Assembly (NCBI RefSeq): GCF_030144855.1 | Contig: NW_026780602.1 | Location: 372,001-436,000 of the forward strand | Direction: 5' to 3' | From: Hypanus sabinus | Taxonomy: Eukaryota | DNA length: 64,000 bases | Shown here: piece after piece, positions 37,117-50,945 of the stretch | Position numbering within the stretch: the stretch's first letter is position 1 | Layout of the letters: every line of letters begins with the position of its first letter | Program-made: the position numbers and the translations under genes | Notes under the pieces: generated by a model | The model's input: only the letters and a program-made list of their open reading frames with translations | The model's database searches: none | What the model was told of the DNA's origin: nothing

Positions 37117-37409
37117 NNNNNNNNNNNNNNNNNNNNNNNNNNNNNNNNNNNNNNNNNNNNNNNNNNNNNNNNNNNNNNNNNNNNNNNNNNNNNNNNNNNN
37201 NNNNNNNNNNNNNNNNNNNNNNNNNNNNNNNNNNNNNNNNNNNNNNNNNNNNNNNNNNNNNNNNNNNNNNNNNNNNNNNNNNNNNNNNNNNNNNNNNNNN
37301 NNNNNNNNNNNNNNNNNNNNNNNNNNNNNNNNNNNNNNNNNNNNNNNNNNNNNNNNNNNNNNNNNNNNNNNNNNNNNNNNNNNNNNNNNNNNNNNNNNNN
37401 NNNNNNNNN
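37117..37409. other. Assembly gap (293 N)
   Basis: Run of N. Confidence 1.
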
Positions 37410-37819
37410 GGCGTCAACTGTGTAATTCTAACTGTGAAACTGCGTTTCACATGACACTTTGATAGAGAGAGGCATTAAATCCGGGGCTGGAAAGTCGGGA
37501 CGCTACTGTAACGGAGTCGATATTGTATCACTTCTCATCGTTTTCTTCTGAGTGTATCCAGTTGTGATATAACAGAAGCTAATTTATCGTTCTCGGGAAT
37601 GTTAATCCGACACATTGGAAAGATGGTAATTCGCCATATAAATGGAACTTACCTTCGCATTTCGACTTCCTGATAACCCCAAGGATCATTCTGCTGTTGA
37701 TTATGTTGAAGGATGTGTAGTCTTTTACCCAGTACCGTGAGACAGTTCTTCTTTCCGGTTGGAGCAGTTCGCTGATTCCAGGTCAACTTGTGACGAGATC
37801 TGATGGATTATTCTAAAGT

Positions 37820-38537
37820 GGACTGTTCCTTTAAACAAAGATAGAGGGAGCGAACAGCGTGTGTGCTATTTCAGCAACGGAGAGAGAGAAAGTCTGTGAG
37901 TTGCCTTGGAAACTGAAAGGCGGAGCTGTATGATGGGCAGCTCGTGTTCAGCACTTGTGAGATATATACATGGTCGACTGGATTTGAAATTAGACACACG
38001 ACACGCCAGACACAGGGAAGACACTGGTTGAGTTTGTGTGCCACGACAGGGGTGGGGTTTTTACTCACAGTCTGGACAAATGGGTGACCGGTGGAACGCT
38101 ATCGGTGTGTTTAACCCTCGCCTGGGTTGATAGCGGTTCCACATGAAGACGGCATCCTCTTTTTGTGGTCACAAGTCCGTGACTTTGATAAGTTTCCAGA
38201 GCAGGAGGACGACGTGGAAGATCGACAGCATCGGAACTGGGAAGACCAAACATCTCACACTCTGTCTCCAACTCTGATCAACTCCAGTTCCAGAACTGAA
38301 CTGACTACTGAACCAAACCACCGTACGAACCTGATCACCTGAGCTGAGAGAAGCTTGGGAACTTCATTTACTCACATATATACATATACATATACTTTGC
38401 TAACCTGTTTGCCTTACCTTGCTTTGTATTACTTTATCACGTAGTTACTAATAAAATAGAGTTTATAACGGAAGACTCAGACTCCAGGTGTGTCCATTTC
38501 TGCTGGTCATTTTTAAACCGTTACGTGGTACGTAACA
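37820..38537 (+). mobile_element. Probable solo Gypsy-type LTR (5' boundary uncertain)
   Basis: AATAAA at ~38450 and ...CGTAACA terminus; no coding motifs. Confidence 0.4.
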
Positions 38538-38539
38538 CT

Positions 38540-40410
38540 ACTCATATGAAAAATAAAATCAAAGCACAAACATCAGCAGACCTTCAAAGAAAATTTAAAG
38601 ATCTTCAAGTTGTAGATAGCAAAAAAATTAATTCTAATATAAAACAGGAAATTAGGAAATTTCAAAGTGAAGGTAATGAAATTGATACATTGGAAACTCA
38701 AAGAAAATTTCCTTTACTTGAGACAAAAGTATTATGACGTGAGAGGTAAATCAGCTAGATTATTAGCATATAAATTACGTAAACTACGTAATACAATTAT
38801 ACAATAATTATAAATATATATATGCAATAATTCAATACAATTCATAATATAAAGAATCCAAACACAAAACTTGGTGAGAGTACAATAGGGAAAATTCAAG
38901 AGAGTTTTGAACATATTATCGAGAACTGCGCTGTCAATCCTGGGCTTCCAATGAGTCCCAGATAGACACTTTCTTGAATTCTTTAGAATTACCCGAGCTC
39001 ACATATTTACAAAATGAATGTTTATCACAACCAGTAACTACCAAAGAACTGAACGTGGCCATCACTAGATTAAAGGCTGGAAAGTCTCCAGACTCTGATG
39101 GGTTTACCTCAGAGTGATACAAATTGCTGAAGTCACAGTTAGCTCCTTTATTACTTAACACCTTGAATTGGATCTTACAGAGAGGAGAAAGTCCGCCTTC
39201 CTGGAGAGAGGCGATTATCTCAGTTATTCCTAAAGAGGGTAAAGATAAACTAGAATGTGGTAATTACCGGCCAGTCAGTGTCCTTAATTTCCATTGTAAA
39301 TTATTTGCGTCTATATTAGCTTGTTGACTGGAAAAGCTTCTATCTGGCCACATCCACTTAGACTAGACTGGATTCATCTAGCAAAGAAAAACTCAGGACT
39401 ATATAAGGAGAACTTTACACATACTAGAACAGGTTACTATGAAAAGGACAGAGACAATGGTAGTGTGATTAGAAGCCGTGAAAGCTTTTGATTCATTTAG
39501 ATGTGTATACCTATATAAAGCGTTCGGAAGATTCAGCTTTCAAGAAAAGTTTATTAAAGTAATACAGACTTTATATGACAGAATTAAGATAAACGGGGAC
39601 CTCGCTGACTCTTTTATTTTAGAGAGAGGAACTAGACAGTATGTCCAATTTCCCCTCTCCTCTTTGCACTACACCTTGATCATCTTGCCCAACTAATAAG
39701 ACAGTACAAAATTTAAAAAGATATCAAGGTGGCAGGGATTGAACAGAGATGCTCGCAGAGCTATTCACAGATAATGTCTTAGTTTATTTGAGTGAACCAG
39801 AAAAATCATTCATAGGATTGTTGGATGAGTTCGAGAAAATATCAGGTTATAAAATTAATGTAAAGAAAACGCAGGTTATGTCCTTAAATTATATAGCATC
39901 CAAAAAAAAAATACAACAGCAGAATGCAGATGATTTCAAGTGGGAAACTAAATTATTAAGACATTTTGGATTAAACCCGCCAAAAGATCTTTCAATATTG
40001 TCACAGGTAAACCATGGGCCATTAGTTTCAGAGATAAAAGCAGATATACGTAAATGGAATCTTATTCATATTTTAAGTTTAAATTCAAGGATAAGTTTTG
40101 TAAAAATGAATATTCTCCCTCCGTTACGTTACCTTTTCCGGATATTACCTGCAGAGGTAGACGATAATCAATTTAAGGAATGGGACAAATGGATTTCCCG
40201 CGTTATCTGATAAAGAAAGAAACCGACAATCCGATTTAACACCTTACAGTTAGGAAAGGAAAGAGGAGGTGTAGCACTTCCTGCTTGAGAATATTTTTTT
40301 TTGCTTCACAGATAACCCCTCTGTTATATTGGTGTAGTGGGGGGATACAAGGCTAGATGGAAGGAAATGGAATTTGGATTGATTGACCGTCTTCCTCTAT
40401 AGGCCTCAAG
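38540..40410 (+). mobile_element. L1-clade LINE ORF2 fragment (decayed)
   Basis: GKSARLLAYKLRK, LKAGKSPDSDGFT, SWREAIISVIPKEGKD..NYRPVSVLN, KAFDS, ERGTRQ, LFTDNVLVYL, ISGYKINVKKT, VKMNILP. Confidence 0.9.
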
Positions 40411-41792
40411 GCAGATGCTATTCTACCTTCTATATGACAATATGATTTGTCACTGGCGACAATGTAAAGAATGAAACCTGTCATAAAGCACTTTTCGATC
40501 TGGAAGGATTTGTACCAACCTGTAGTCCCTGTAGTTCCCTTATTTTACCAGTTCCGAAACCAGGTTGTGATAATCAGATTCTGCCTGGCTTGTTGAGCTG
40601 CTTAGGGTTGTGTGGGTATTACTTCGATTTCCAGCGTTTGTAGATGTTCTCCAGTTTGCGATTAGACTTGGACAACAGTCAACAACATAAGAACCTGCGC
40701 TGCCTTCACGAGGCAAGATTAACCCGAGGTTATTACCAACTCCGGAATGCGATGGTCTTGTCATTTAATCTTGCCAGGCATTTATGTTGTAGTCTTTAAG
40801 CCACTCAATCTGATTGGGAATTAAATTGGCCAAGACTAGAATGACGTCGCTTGGGATTCACGCTGCTTTGGTGTCCACGGTGGCCTGAGATGGGACACAA
40901 TCCTTAAGTATCAATAGGAGCAGAGTAGATGTCGACAGGAAGAGTCCAACAGCTGTTTTAATGTTGGAGACCTCCTTCCAGAAACGGAGTAGTTGTTTGT
41001 GGTAAAAGGGTGTCAGGTGGGTAGTACAAAAGTATCAAAATTACACAATAAAATTACAACAAATTTAAGACGATAAAAGCAGAAAATGCCGAGGAAAACA
41101 CAGAAGCTATCCAACGCATTACACAATCCTGCAAAAGTTTAATTCAGACTGATTTCTTACACAGGCTTTCCCATGTCCATACCTCAGGCTTTACCAGTTT
41201 TAACTGAGAAAAGCGAAAATAAACTTGAGACTGCTCGAGTCAATGCAAAGGAGATTCGACATTCAGTTTCCTCGGGTGGAAATTTAATGGAAATAGTCAG
41301 GTAAGATGGCAATCTTTCCCTGGAGCAGAGTGGGCATCACAATTATAAACAGAATGCATGATTTCTGCGGTATTAAATATTTCTCCATAACAGGGTTTTC
41401 TAACACGAAGGACAAGTGTAAGGCTTACTGTAAGTACGTGCGGAATGTTTACTTCCTTTTTCGTTTTATTACTGTGCAAAAGACTAAAGGTAACGAATGG
41501 GTTACATATCTGCCGATTTGGTCTTAAACGTCCTCAGATCCTGAACAGCCCTATCATTGTCTAAAGGGGTGGGCTGTAATGGGAGCGGGAATATGGTGAA
41601 GAAAATGCTGGAATGAGTTGAGTAATTGTTAGGAGATGGAGGTCGCGGGCTGCGGATGCCGAAGAGTCTATTCCCGTGCTGTGTCTATCTCGGGCAATAA
41701 AACAGTTTATTTCTCACCTCTGCCTCGTTCCCCGGTGACCGGCAGTTCCATTGTAACAAGATGAAAACACTGCGACCGTCTCTGAGAAGATC

Positions 41793-42542
41793 TTAGATAT
41801 TCTGTTCATTAATTAGTTGAATAATTGACGTGAAAGGATATTTCGCTGCGCCGAGGAACTGCGCTCTGAACTTGAACTGAGTTACCCCATAAATAAACGT
41901 GTTTGTGCAGCAACTTAACATCAGCAGCATGATTGCAGAGTGTTGAAGTATGTATTCCGAATCGTTGTAATTATTTGGATCCAATCCGGCGATGATGTAA
42001 TAAAGGAATTCGGCAACATACACCGACCACAGGATGATGAAGCTTCCGGAGACGGTGAGAAGTAAGATCACAGACCTCCTCCTGCTCTCCATCTCCTGGT
42101 CACTGCGTTTCTCCGCCTTGTTCTGACCCCTCAGCCCCTGACGCAGGCGACTTGTCACCAAAATGTGTCTGACTGTCAGAGCGTTGAACAGGAGTATTAA
42201 CACGAACGGGAGTAATGGCGTTAGAACTGTGGTAAACCAGTCATATCCCACCCACCCGCGATCCGTATAGTAGCCCGGCTTCATAATACAGTTCCAGGGT
42301 ACATTGTCAATCACTTTCACAGGATGAAATGTAAAGAAGTAGGGTACATTTTTAACACAGATCAGAAGGCCGGTTGTTGTCAGAATCACAGCCGCAGTTT
42401 CGCCGGTGCAATACTTCGCTTTCCGCTTCTGCCAACAGATGGCGACAAACCGATCAAATACAAACATGACGGTGAACCAGACGGAACAGTCAGTGGCTGC
42501 CTGTCCCAGAGCACCGATCACATTGCTCACGGGAGTGATGTC
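41793..42542 (-). pseudogene. 5'-truncated GPR139-like GPCR copy 1 (TM3-TM7 open, no ATG)
   Basis: DITPV..CSVWFTV..FDRFVAIC..EMESRRRS..NTFIY; homology to the 53735-54643 gene stops at DITP. Confidence 0.88.
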
Positions 42543-43210
42543 GGGAGTAACTAGCGGCGTCACGGGGAATGACAAGCTTCATGAAGATTTTGCACATTTC
42601 CTTGCACGCGCAATCTCGACTGAGTCTGTCACTTTAACGTTTATACAGCCTGACGGTGTTGGCACGTTACTTTGTCAGATTTTAATGATACCCGTCTCAG
42701 AGTCGGTGTATAATTAAGTACACATCCGTAGCCTTCAAATAGAACACGACCAGAGGTGTTGCTGTTTATATTGGATGACTTTGATGAATTCAATGACAAA
42801 ATTGATTTCGCTGACAGCCGGAGAGACAGAGAACCGCAATACACATGCACAGATCCCTGAATTCCGGTGCAAGATGTTTGACATTGTGTACAGTTTAATC
42901 CAGGGCATGCTGCTCCCAGGGTGTTCAGTGCTGGTGAACACTCGTCCCGCTGGGTTACTGACGACGCTGAACATGAGTGAAATAAACTGGGAGATTCAGG
43001 ATTGAAACTGGTGTCTGCGTCTCTGAGGAACCCGGAGTGTAAAATACAGAAACTGGGGTAAGTACCAGACTGGGAGATCACGTTTACAGTCACTGGGTGT
43101 CTGACACTGAACATTAATGTGATCAGTAATTGTGTTACCGAAAACCACTGGGGATTTGTACCGACTCCTGTCTTTCTGTTTCCTTCACCCTCACTCTCTC
43201 TCATCTCAAG

Positions 43211-43381
43211 GATGTTCAATGTCGGTCTCACAGATTCTGGTGCCGAGGTTCTCGCCTCCGCTCTCAGTACAATAGGATCACTAACGGACCTGAACCTGAG
43301 TGATAATAATCGGGGAGGTTCAGGAGTGAAACTGGTGTCTGCGGCTCTGAATAACCCTGTGTGTAAAATACAGAAACTGTG
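43211..43381 (+). pseudogene. 171-bp NLR/ribonuclease-inhibitor-type LRR exon (orphan), flanked by broken LRR exons at ~42945-43056 and ~43543-43565
   Basis: AG|GATG...TG|GTAAGT, phase 2-2, MFNVGLTDSGAEVLASALSTIGSLTDLNLSDNNRGGSGVKLVSAALNNPVCKIQKL. Confidence 0.88.
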
Positions 43382-43589
43382 GTAAGTACCAGACTGTGGG
43401 AGATTTTGTTAACAGTCACTGCGTGTTTGACACTGAATATTAATGTGATCAGTACTTGCGTTACTGATAAACATTGGGGATTTGTACTGTCTCCTGTCTC
43501 TCTGTGTCCTGCACCCCCCCCCCCACTCTCTCTCATCTCCAGGCTGAATGATGTCCGTCTCACCGGGGCCACAGTCTGAAGCTCCCTCC

Positions 43590-44035
43590 AAATCACCCCA
43601 TCCAACACTCCTGGTTTCCGAAACAGAGAGCAGCTCCATCCGCATCATTCATCACGTCAGATGCAGAGTGAAATTCCATATACACCGTCCAATCACTCAC
43701 ACCCGGGGTCAAACTCTAAGTAACGCTCTTTCCACATCCTAACTTCAAACAATCCCGGGGTCAGACACAGGGTGAATCTCTCTCCCCACCGTCGCATCGC
43801 ACACTCCCGTTGTCAGATAGTAAGTGAAGCTCACTCCCCACCGTCCAGTCACACTCACCCGGGATCATACACTGAGTACATCTCCCTCCCCACCGTCCCG
43901 TCACACTGTCCAGGGGTCAGAAACAGAGTGTTGATCACTCCCCATCGTCCAATCACACACACCCGGGATCATACACAGAGTACGTCTCACTCCACACTTT
44001 CCCATCAGACACTCCACATGTCAGAAACAGTGAAG
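43590..44035. repeat. Degenerate ~50-bp minisatellite (copies at ~47457-47900 and ~51650-52100)
   Basis: Recurrent CCCACCGTCC(C/A)ATCACAC..CCCGGG(G/A)TCA(G/T)ACACAGAGTG motif. Confidence 0.7.
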
Positions 44036-44049
44036 ATACTTCTACAGCG

Positions 44050-45060
44050 TCGCCATGGATGAAATGATTAACCAATGGATGAACATGACCTGCTATCGAC
44101 ATCCCCTCAATCGGAGCAGAGTAGTTGTCGACAGGAAGCGTCCAACGTCTGTTTCAATGTTGGAGACCACCTTCCAGAAACGCAGTGGTTGTTTGTGGTA
44201 AAAGGGTGTCAGGTGGTTAGCACAAAAATATCAAAATTACACAATAAAAGTCCAGCAAATTCAAGACGAATAAAGCAGAAAATGCCGAGGAAAACACGGA
44301 AGCTATCCATCAAATTACAGAATCCTGCGACACTTTAATTCAGTCTGATTTCTTACACAGGCAGAAAGCAGTTATTCACCAAAACCGTGCTTTACAATAC
44401 AAACGCATGATACAAAAGGTACTATTCATTAGCATAAATACAGTTTCAGTGGCCGAGTCCTACAATTATATTATGACTAATCGTTCATTGTAGATAGGGC
44501 AGTACCCGATAGCCGTCCGGATATAACATTGCAGGGTAAACCAGTAAAATCAACCTAGAAAGAGGCACGGCTATCCAAAACACGAAGAACACCACAGAAA
44601 TTAGTAAGGCAATGTCATCTGAACGATGCTGGCGTGAAAGACGGAATTGAAAGATTCTGGTCCATGAGCATTGCATTACACGATACCCTTCCGCTTATAA
44701 TATTACAGGATAAAGAAGCAAGAACAACGTACTTAATAGATACAACCATTCCGGATAACACACCACTTACAGAACATCGGAAAGCGAAGATACCCGAGAT
44801 ATGTTGACTTGAAAGAGGAAATAGAAAGTCCATGGTACACGAACAGGGTAAACATTGTCCCAATACTAATATCTACAACTGGTATTATCCCTAAGTCACC
44901 ACAGAAAAATATAAAACTGTTACACGGCAAATTGTATGTAAATCTCTCGAAAGCCACACTGCTAATCACCACCAGAATAGCCCGAACGTTGCTAGCAATT
45001 GAGAAATGATTGCGCTCTCCCATGTCCATACCTCAGGCTTTACCAGTTTTAGCTGAGAAA
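44050..45060 (+). mobile_element. R4/Dong-clade non-LTR 3' fragment (Zn knuckle + restriction-like endonuclease); copies at ~47917-48927, ~52117-53136, internally deleted copy ~40915-41215
   Basis: EASN..VGD.LPET, ITESCDTLIQSDFLHR, DKEARTTYLIDTTIP, LKEEIE..VNIVPILISTTGIIPK. Confidence 0.7.
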
Positions 45061-45658
45061 AGTGATAGTAAACGTGCGACTGTACTGGAGTGAATGCAGA
45101 GGAGATTCGACATGCAGTTTCCTCGTGTGGAAATTTAATCGAACTCGTGAGGTGACATGACAAACTTTCCCTGGAGCAGAGTGGGCATCTGGGTTTTCCA
45201 TAAGAATTTGCACTACTATAGCCAGAATGCATGATTTCTGCGGTGTTAAATATTTCTCCAGAACAGCGTTTCCTAACGCGAAGGTCAAGTGTAAGGTTTA
45301 CTGTAAGTTAGTGCGGAATGTTGACTTTCTTTTTCGTTTTATTCTTGGGCAAAAGTAAAGAATCGCTTACACATCTCCCGATTTGGTCTTAGATGTCCTC
45401 AGATCCTGAACAGTCCTATCATTGTCTAAAGGGGTGTGTCTGTAACGTTAGCGGGAGTATGGTGAAGAGAATGCTGGAATGAGTTGAGTAATTGTGAGGA
45501 GGTGGAGGTCGCGGGCTGCGGATGCCGAAGAGTCTGTTCCCGTGCTGTGTCTATCTCAGGCAATAAAACAGTTTATTTCTCACCTCTGCCTCGTTCTCCG
45601 GTGACCGTCAGTTCCATAGTAACAAGATGAAAACACTGCGACGGCCTCTGAGAAGATC

Positions 45659-46462
45659 TTAGATATTCTGTTCATTAATTAGTTGGATAATTGACGTGAG
45701 CGGATATTTCGCTGCGCTGATGAACTGCTCTCTGAACTTGGACTGTGTTACCCCATAAATAAACGTGTTTGTGCAGCAACTTAATATCACCAGCATGATT
45801 CCAGAGTGTTGAAAAATGTATTCCGAATCGTTGTAATTCTTTGGATCCAATCCGGCGATGATGTAATAAAGGAATTCGGCAACATACACCGACCACAGGA
45901 TGATGAAGCTTCCGGAGACGGTGAGAAGTAAGATCACAGACCTCCTCCTGCTCTCCATCTCCGGGTCACTGCGTTTCTCCGCCTTGTTCTGTCCCCTCAG
46001 CCCCTGACGCACGCGACTTGTCACCAAAATGTGTCTAACTGTCAGAGCGTTGAACAGGAGTATTAACACGAACGGGAGTAATGGCGTTAGAACTGTGGTA
46101 AACCAGTCATATCCCACCCACCCGCGATCCGTATAGTAGCCTGGCTTCATAATACAGTTCCAGGGTACATTGTCAATCACTTTCACAGGATGAAATGTAA
46201 AGAAGTAGGGTACATTTTTAACACAGATCAGAAGGCCGGTTGTTGTCAGAATCACAGCCGCAGTTTTCCCGGTGCAATAATTCGCTTTCCGCTTCTGACA
46301 ACAGATGGCGACAAACCGATCAAATGCAAACATGACGGTTAACCAGACGGAACAGTCAGTGGCTGCCTGTCCCAGGGCACCGATCACACTGCACACGGGA
46401 GTGATGCCGGAGTAACTAGCGGCGTCACGGGGAATGACAAGCTTCATGAAGATTTTGCACAT
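45659..46462 (-). pseudogene. 5'-truncated GPR139-like copy 2; 267-aa chimeric ORF with in-frame ATG (5TM)
   Basis: ATG at 46462 gives MCKIFMKLVIPRDAASYSG fused to ITPVC..FDRF..NTFIY; TM1-2 absent. Confidence 0.85.
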
Positions 46463-47077
46463 TTCCTTGCACGCGCAATCTCGACTGAGTCTGTCACTTT
46501 AACGTTTATACAGCCTGACGGTGTTGGCACGTTACTTTGTCAGATTTTAATGATACCCGTCTCAGAGTCGGTGTATAATTAAGTACACATCCGTAGCCTT
46601 CAAATAGAACACAACCAGAGGTGTTGCTGTTTATATTGGATGACTTTGATGAATTCAATGACAAAATTGATTTCGCTGACAGCCGGAGAGACAGAGAACC
46701 GCAATACACATGCACAGATCCCTGAATTCCGGTGCAAGATGTTTGACATTGTGTACAGTTTAATCCAGGGCATGCTGCTCCCAGGGTGTTCAGTGCTGGT
46801 GACCACCCGTCCCACTGGGTTACTGACGACGCTGAACCTGAGTGAAATAAACTGGGAGATTCAGGATTGAAACTGGTGTCTGCGTCTCTGAGGAACCCGG
46901 AGTGTAAAATACAGAAACTAGGGTAAGTACCAGACAGTGGGAGATCGCGTTTACAGTCACTGGGTGTCTGACACTGAACATTAATGTGATCAGTAATTGT
47001 GTTACCGAAAACCACTGGGGATTTGTACCGACTCCTGTCTTTCTGTTTCCTTCACCCTCACTCTCTCTCATCTCAAG

Positions 47078-47248
47078 GATGTTCAATGTCGGTCTCACAG
47101 ATTCTGGTGCCGAGGTTCTCGCCTCCGCTCTCAGTACAATAGGATCACTAATGGACCTGAACCTGAGTGATAATAATCGGGGAGGTTCAGGAGTGAAACT
47201 GGTGTCTGCGGCTCTGAATAACCCTGTGTGTAAAATACAGAAACTGTG
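47078..47248 (+). pseudogene. 171-bp NLR-type LRR exon (unit 2)
   Basis: Same as 43211-43381 with T>M change; splice sites intact. Confidence 0.88.
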
Positions 47249-49525
47249 GTAAGTACCAGACTGTGGGAGATTTTGTTAACAGTCACTGCGTGTTTGACAC
47301 TGAATATTAATGTGATCAGTACTTGCGTTACTGATAAACATTGGGGATTTGTACTGTCTCCTGTCTCTCTGTGTCCTGCACCCCCCCCCCCACTCTCTCT
47401 CATCTCCAGGCTGAATGATGTCCGTCTCACCGGGGCCACAGTCTGAAGCTCCCTCCAAATCACCCCATCCAACACTCCTGGTTTCCGAAACAGAGAGCAG
47501 CTCCATCCGCATCATTCATCACGTCAGATGCAGAGTGAAATTCCATATACACCGTCCAATCACTCACACCCGGGGTCAAACTCTAAGTAACGCTCTTTCC
47601 ACATCCTAACTTCAAACAATCCCGGGGTCAGACACAGGGTGAATCTCTCTCCCCACCGTCGCATCGCACACTCCCGTTGTCAGATAGTAAGTGAAGCTCA
47701 CTCCCCACCGTCCAGTCACACTCACCCGGGATCATACACTGAGTACATCTCCCTCCCCACCGTCCCGTCACACTGTCCAGGGGTCAGAAACAGAGTGTTG
47801 ATCACTCCCCATCGTCCAATCACACACACCCGGGATCATACACAGAGTACGTCTCACTCCACACTTTCCCATCAGACACTCCACATGTCAGAAACAGTGA
47901 AGATACTTCTACAGCGTCGCCATGGATGAAATGATTAACCAATGGATGAACATGACCTGCTATCGACATCCCCTCAATCGGAGCAGAGTAGTTGTCGACA
48001 GGAAGCGTCCAACGTCTGTTTCAATGTTGGAGACCACCTTCCAGAAACGCAGTGGTTGTTTGTGGTAAAAGGGTGTCAGGTGGTTAGCACAAAAATATCA
48101 AAATTACACAATAAAAGTCCAGCAAATTCAAGACGAATAAAGCAGAAAATGCCGAGGAAAACACGGAAGCTATCCATCAAATTACAGAATCCTGCGACAC
48201 TTTAATTCAGTCTGATTTCTTACACAGGCAGAAAGCAGTTATTCACCAAAACCGTGCTTTACAATACAAACGCATGATACAAAAGGTACTATTCATTAGC
48301 ATAAATACAGTTTCAGTGGCCGAGTCCTACAATTATATTATGACTAATCGTTCATTGTAGATAGGGCAGTACCCGATAGCCGTCCGGATATAACATTGCA
48401 GGGTAAACCAGTAAAATCAACCTAGAAAGAGGCACGGCTATCCAAAACACGAAGAACACCACAGAAATTAGTAAGGCAATGTCATCTGAACGATGCTGGC
48501 GTGAAAGACGGAATTGAAAGATTCTGGTCCATGAGCATTGCATTACACGATACCCTTCCGCTTATAATATTACAGGATAAAGAAGCAAGAACAACGTACT
48601 TAATAGATACAACCATTCCGGATAACACACCACTTACAGAACATCGGAAAGCGAAGATACCCGAGATATGTTGACTTGAAAGAGGAAATAGAAAGTCCAT
48701 GGTACACGAACAGGGTAAACATTGTCCCAATACTAATATCTACAACTGGTATTATCCCTAAGTCACCACAGAAAAATATAAAACTGTTACACGGCAAATT
48801 GTATGTAAATCTCTCGAAAGCCACACTGCTAATCACCACCAGAATAGCCCGAACGTTGCTAGCAATTGAGAAATGATTGCGCTCTCCCATGTCCATACCT
48901 CAGGCTTTACCAGTTTTAGCTGAGAAAAGTGATAGTAAACGTGCGACTGTACTGGAGTGAATGCAGAGGAGATTCGACATGCAGTTTCCTCGTGTGGAAA
49001 TTTAATCGAACTCGTGAGGTGACATGACAAACTTTCCCTGGAGCAGAGTGGGCATCTGGGTTTTCCATAAGAATTTGCACTACTATAGCCAGAATGCATG
49101 ATTTCTGCGGTGTTAAATATTTCTCCAGAACAGCGTTTCCTAACGCGAAGGTCAAGTGTAAGGTTTACTGTAAGTTAGTGCGGAATGTTGACTTTCTTTT
49201 TCGTTTTATTCTTGGGCAAAAGTAAAGAATCGCTTACACATCTCCCGATTTGGTCTTAGATGTCCTCAGATCCTGAACAGTCCTATCATTGTCTAAAGGG
49301 GTGTGTCTGTAACGTTAGCGGGAGTATGGTGAAGAGAATGCTGGAATGAGTTGAGTAATTGTGAGGAGGTGGAGGTCGCGGGCTGCGGATGCCGAAGAGT
49401 CTGTTCCCGTGCTGTGTCTATCTCAGGCAATAAAACAGTTTATTTCTCACCTCTGCCTCGTTCTCCGGTGACCGTCAGTTCCATAGTAACAAGATGAAAA
49501 CACTGCGACGGCCTCTGAGAAGATC

Positions 49526-50329
49526 TTAGATATTCTGTTCATTAATTAGTTGGATAATTGACGTGAGCGGATATTTCGCTGCGCTGATGAACTGCTCTCT
49601 GAACTTGGACTGTGTTACCCCATAAATAAACGTGTTTGTGCAGCAACTTAATATCACCAGCATGATTCCAGAGTGTTGAAAAATGTATTCCGAATCGTTG
49701 TAATTCTTTGGATCCAATCCGGCGATGATGTAATAAAGGAATTCGGCAACATACACCGACCACAGGATGATGAAGCTTCCGGAGATGGAGAGAAGTAAGA
49801 TCACAGACCTCCTCCTGCTCTCCATCTCCGGGTCACTGCGTTTCTCCGCCTTGTTCTGACCCCTCAGCCCCTGACGCACGCGACTTGTCACCAAAATGTG
49901 TCTAACTGTCAGAGCGTTGAACAGGAGTATTAACACGAACGGGAGTAATGGCGTTAGAACTGTGGTAAACCAGTCATATCCCACCCACCCGCGATCCGTA
50001 TAGTAGCCTGGCTTCATAATACAGTTCCAGGGTACATTGTCAATCACTTTCACAGGATGAAATGTAAAGAAGTAGGGTACATTTTTAACACAGATCAGAA
50101 GGCCGGTTGTTGTCAGAATCACAGCCGCAGTTTTCCCGGTGCAATAATTCGCTTTCCGCTTCTGACAACAGATGGCGACAAACCGATCAAATGCAAACAT
50201 GACGGTTAACCAGACGGAACAGTCAGTGGCTGCCTGTCCCAGGGCACCGATCACACTGCACACGGGAGTGATGCCGGAGTAACTAGCGGCGTCACGGGGA
50301 ATGACAAGCTTCATGAAGATTTTGCACAT
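49526..50329 (-). pseudogene. 5'-truncated GPR139-like copy 3; 267-aa chimeric ORF with in-frame ATG (5TM)
   Basis: Near-identical to copy 2 (LLSISG vs LLTVSG). Confidence 0.85.
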
Positions 50330-50945
50330 TTCCTTGCACGCGCAATCTGGACTGAGTCTGTCACTTTAACGTTTATACAGCCTGACGGTGTTGGCACGTT
50401 ACGTTGTCAGATTTTAATGATACCCGTCTCAGAATCGGTGTATAATTAAGTAACACATCCGTAGCCTTCAAATAGAACACGACCAGAGGTGTTGCTGTTT
50501 ATATTGGATGACTTTGATGAATTCAATGACAAAATTGATTTCGCTGACAGCCGGAGAGACAGAGAACCGCAATACACATGCACAGATCCCTGAATTCCGG
50601 TGCAAGATGTTTGACATTGTGTACAGTTTAATCCAGGGCAAGCTGCTCCCAGGTTGTTCAGTCCTGGTGACCACCCGTCCCTCTGGGTTACTGACGACGC
50701 TGAACCTGAGTGAAATAAACTGGGAGATTCAGGATTGAAACTTGTGTCTGCGTCTCTGAGGAACCCGGAGTGTAAAATACAGAAACTAGGGTAAGTACCA
50801 GACAGTGGGAGATCGCGTTTACAGTCACTGGGTGTCTGACACTGAACATTAATGTGATCAGTAATTGTGTTACCGAAAACCACTGGGGATTTGTACCGAC
50901 TCCTGTCTTTCTGTTTCCTTCACCCTCACTCTCTCTCATCTCAAG

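Noticed and set aside
37064-37454. ORFs spanning poly-X
   Set aside because: Artefacts of the N gap
42551-42575. Cryptic AG that would splice GPCR exon 1 (56049) in frame to truncated copy 1
   Set aside because: Phase fits only copy 1, the polypyrimidine tract is weak, and three polyA signals intervene; unsupported without transcripts
42641-43231. 196-aa and related minus-strand ORFs repeated in each unit
   Set aside because: Antisense to LRR exons and introns, frames differ between units, no domain motifs
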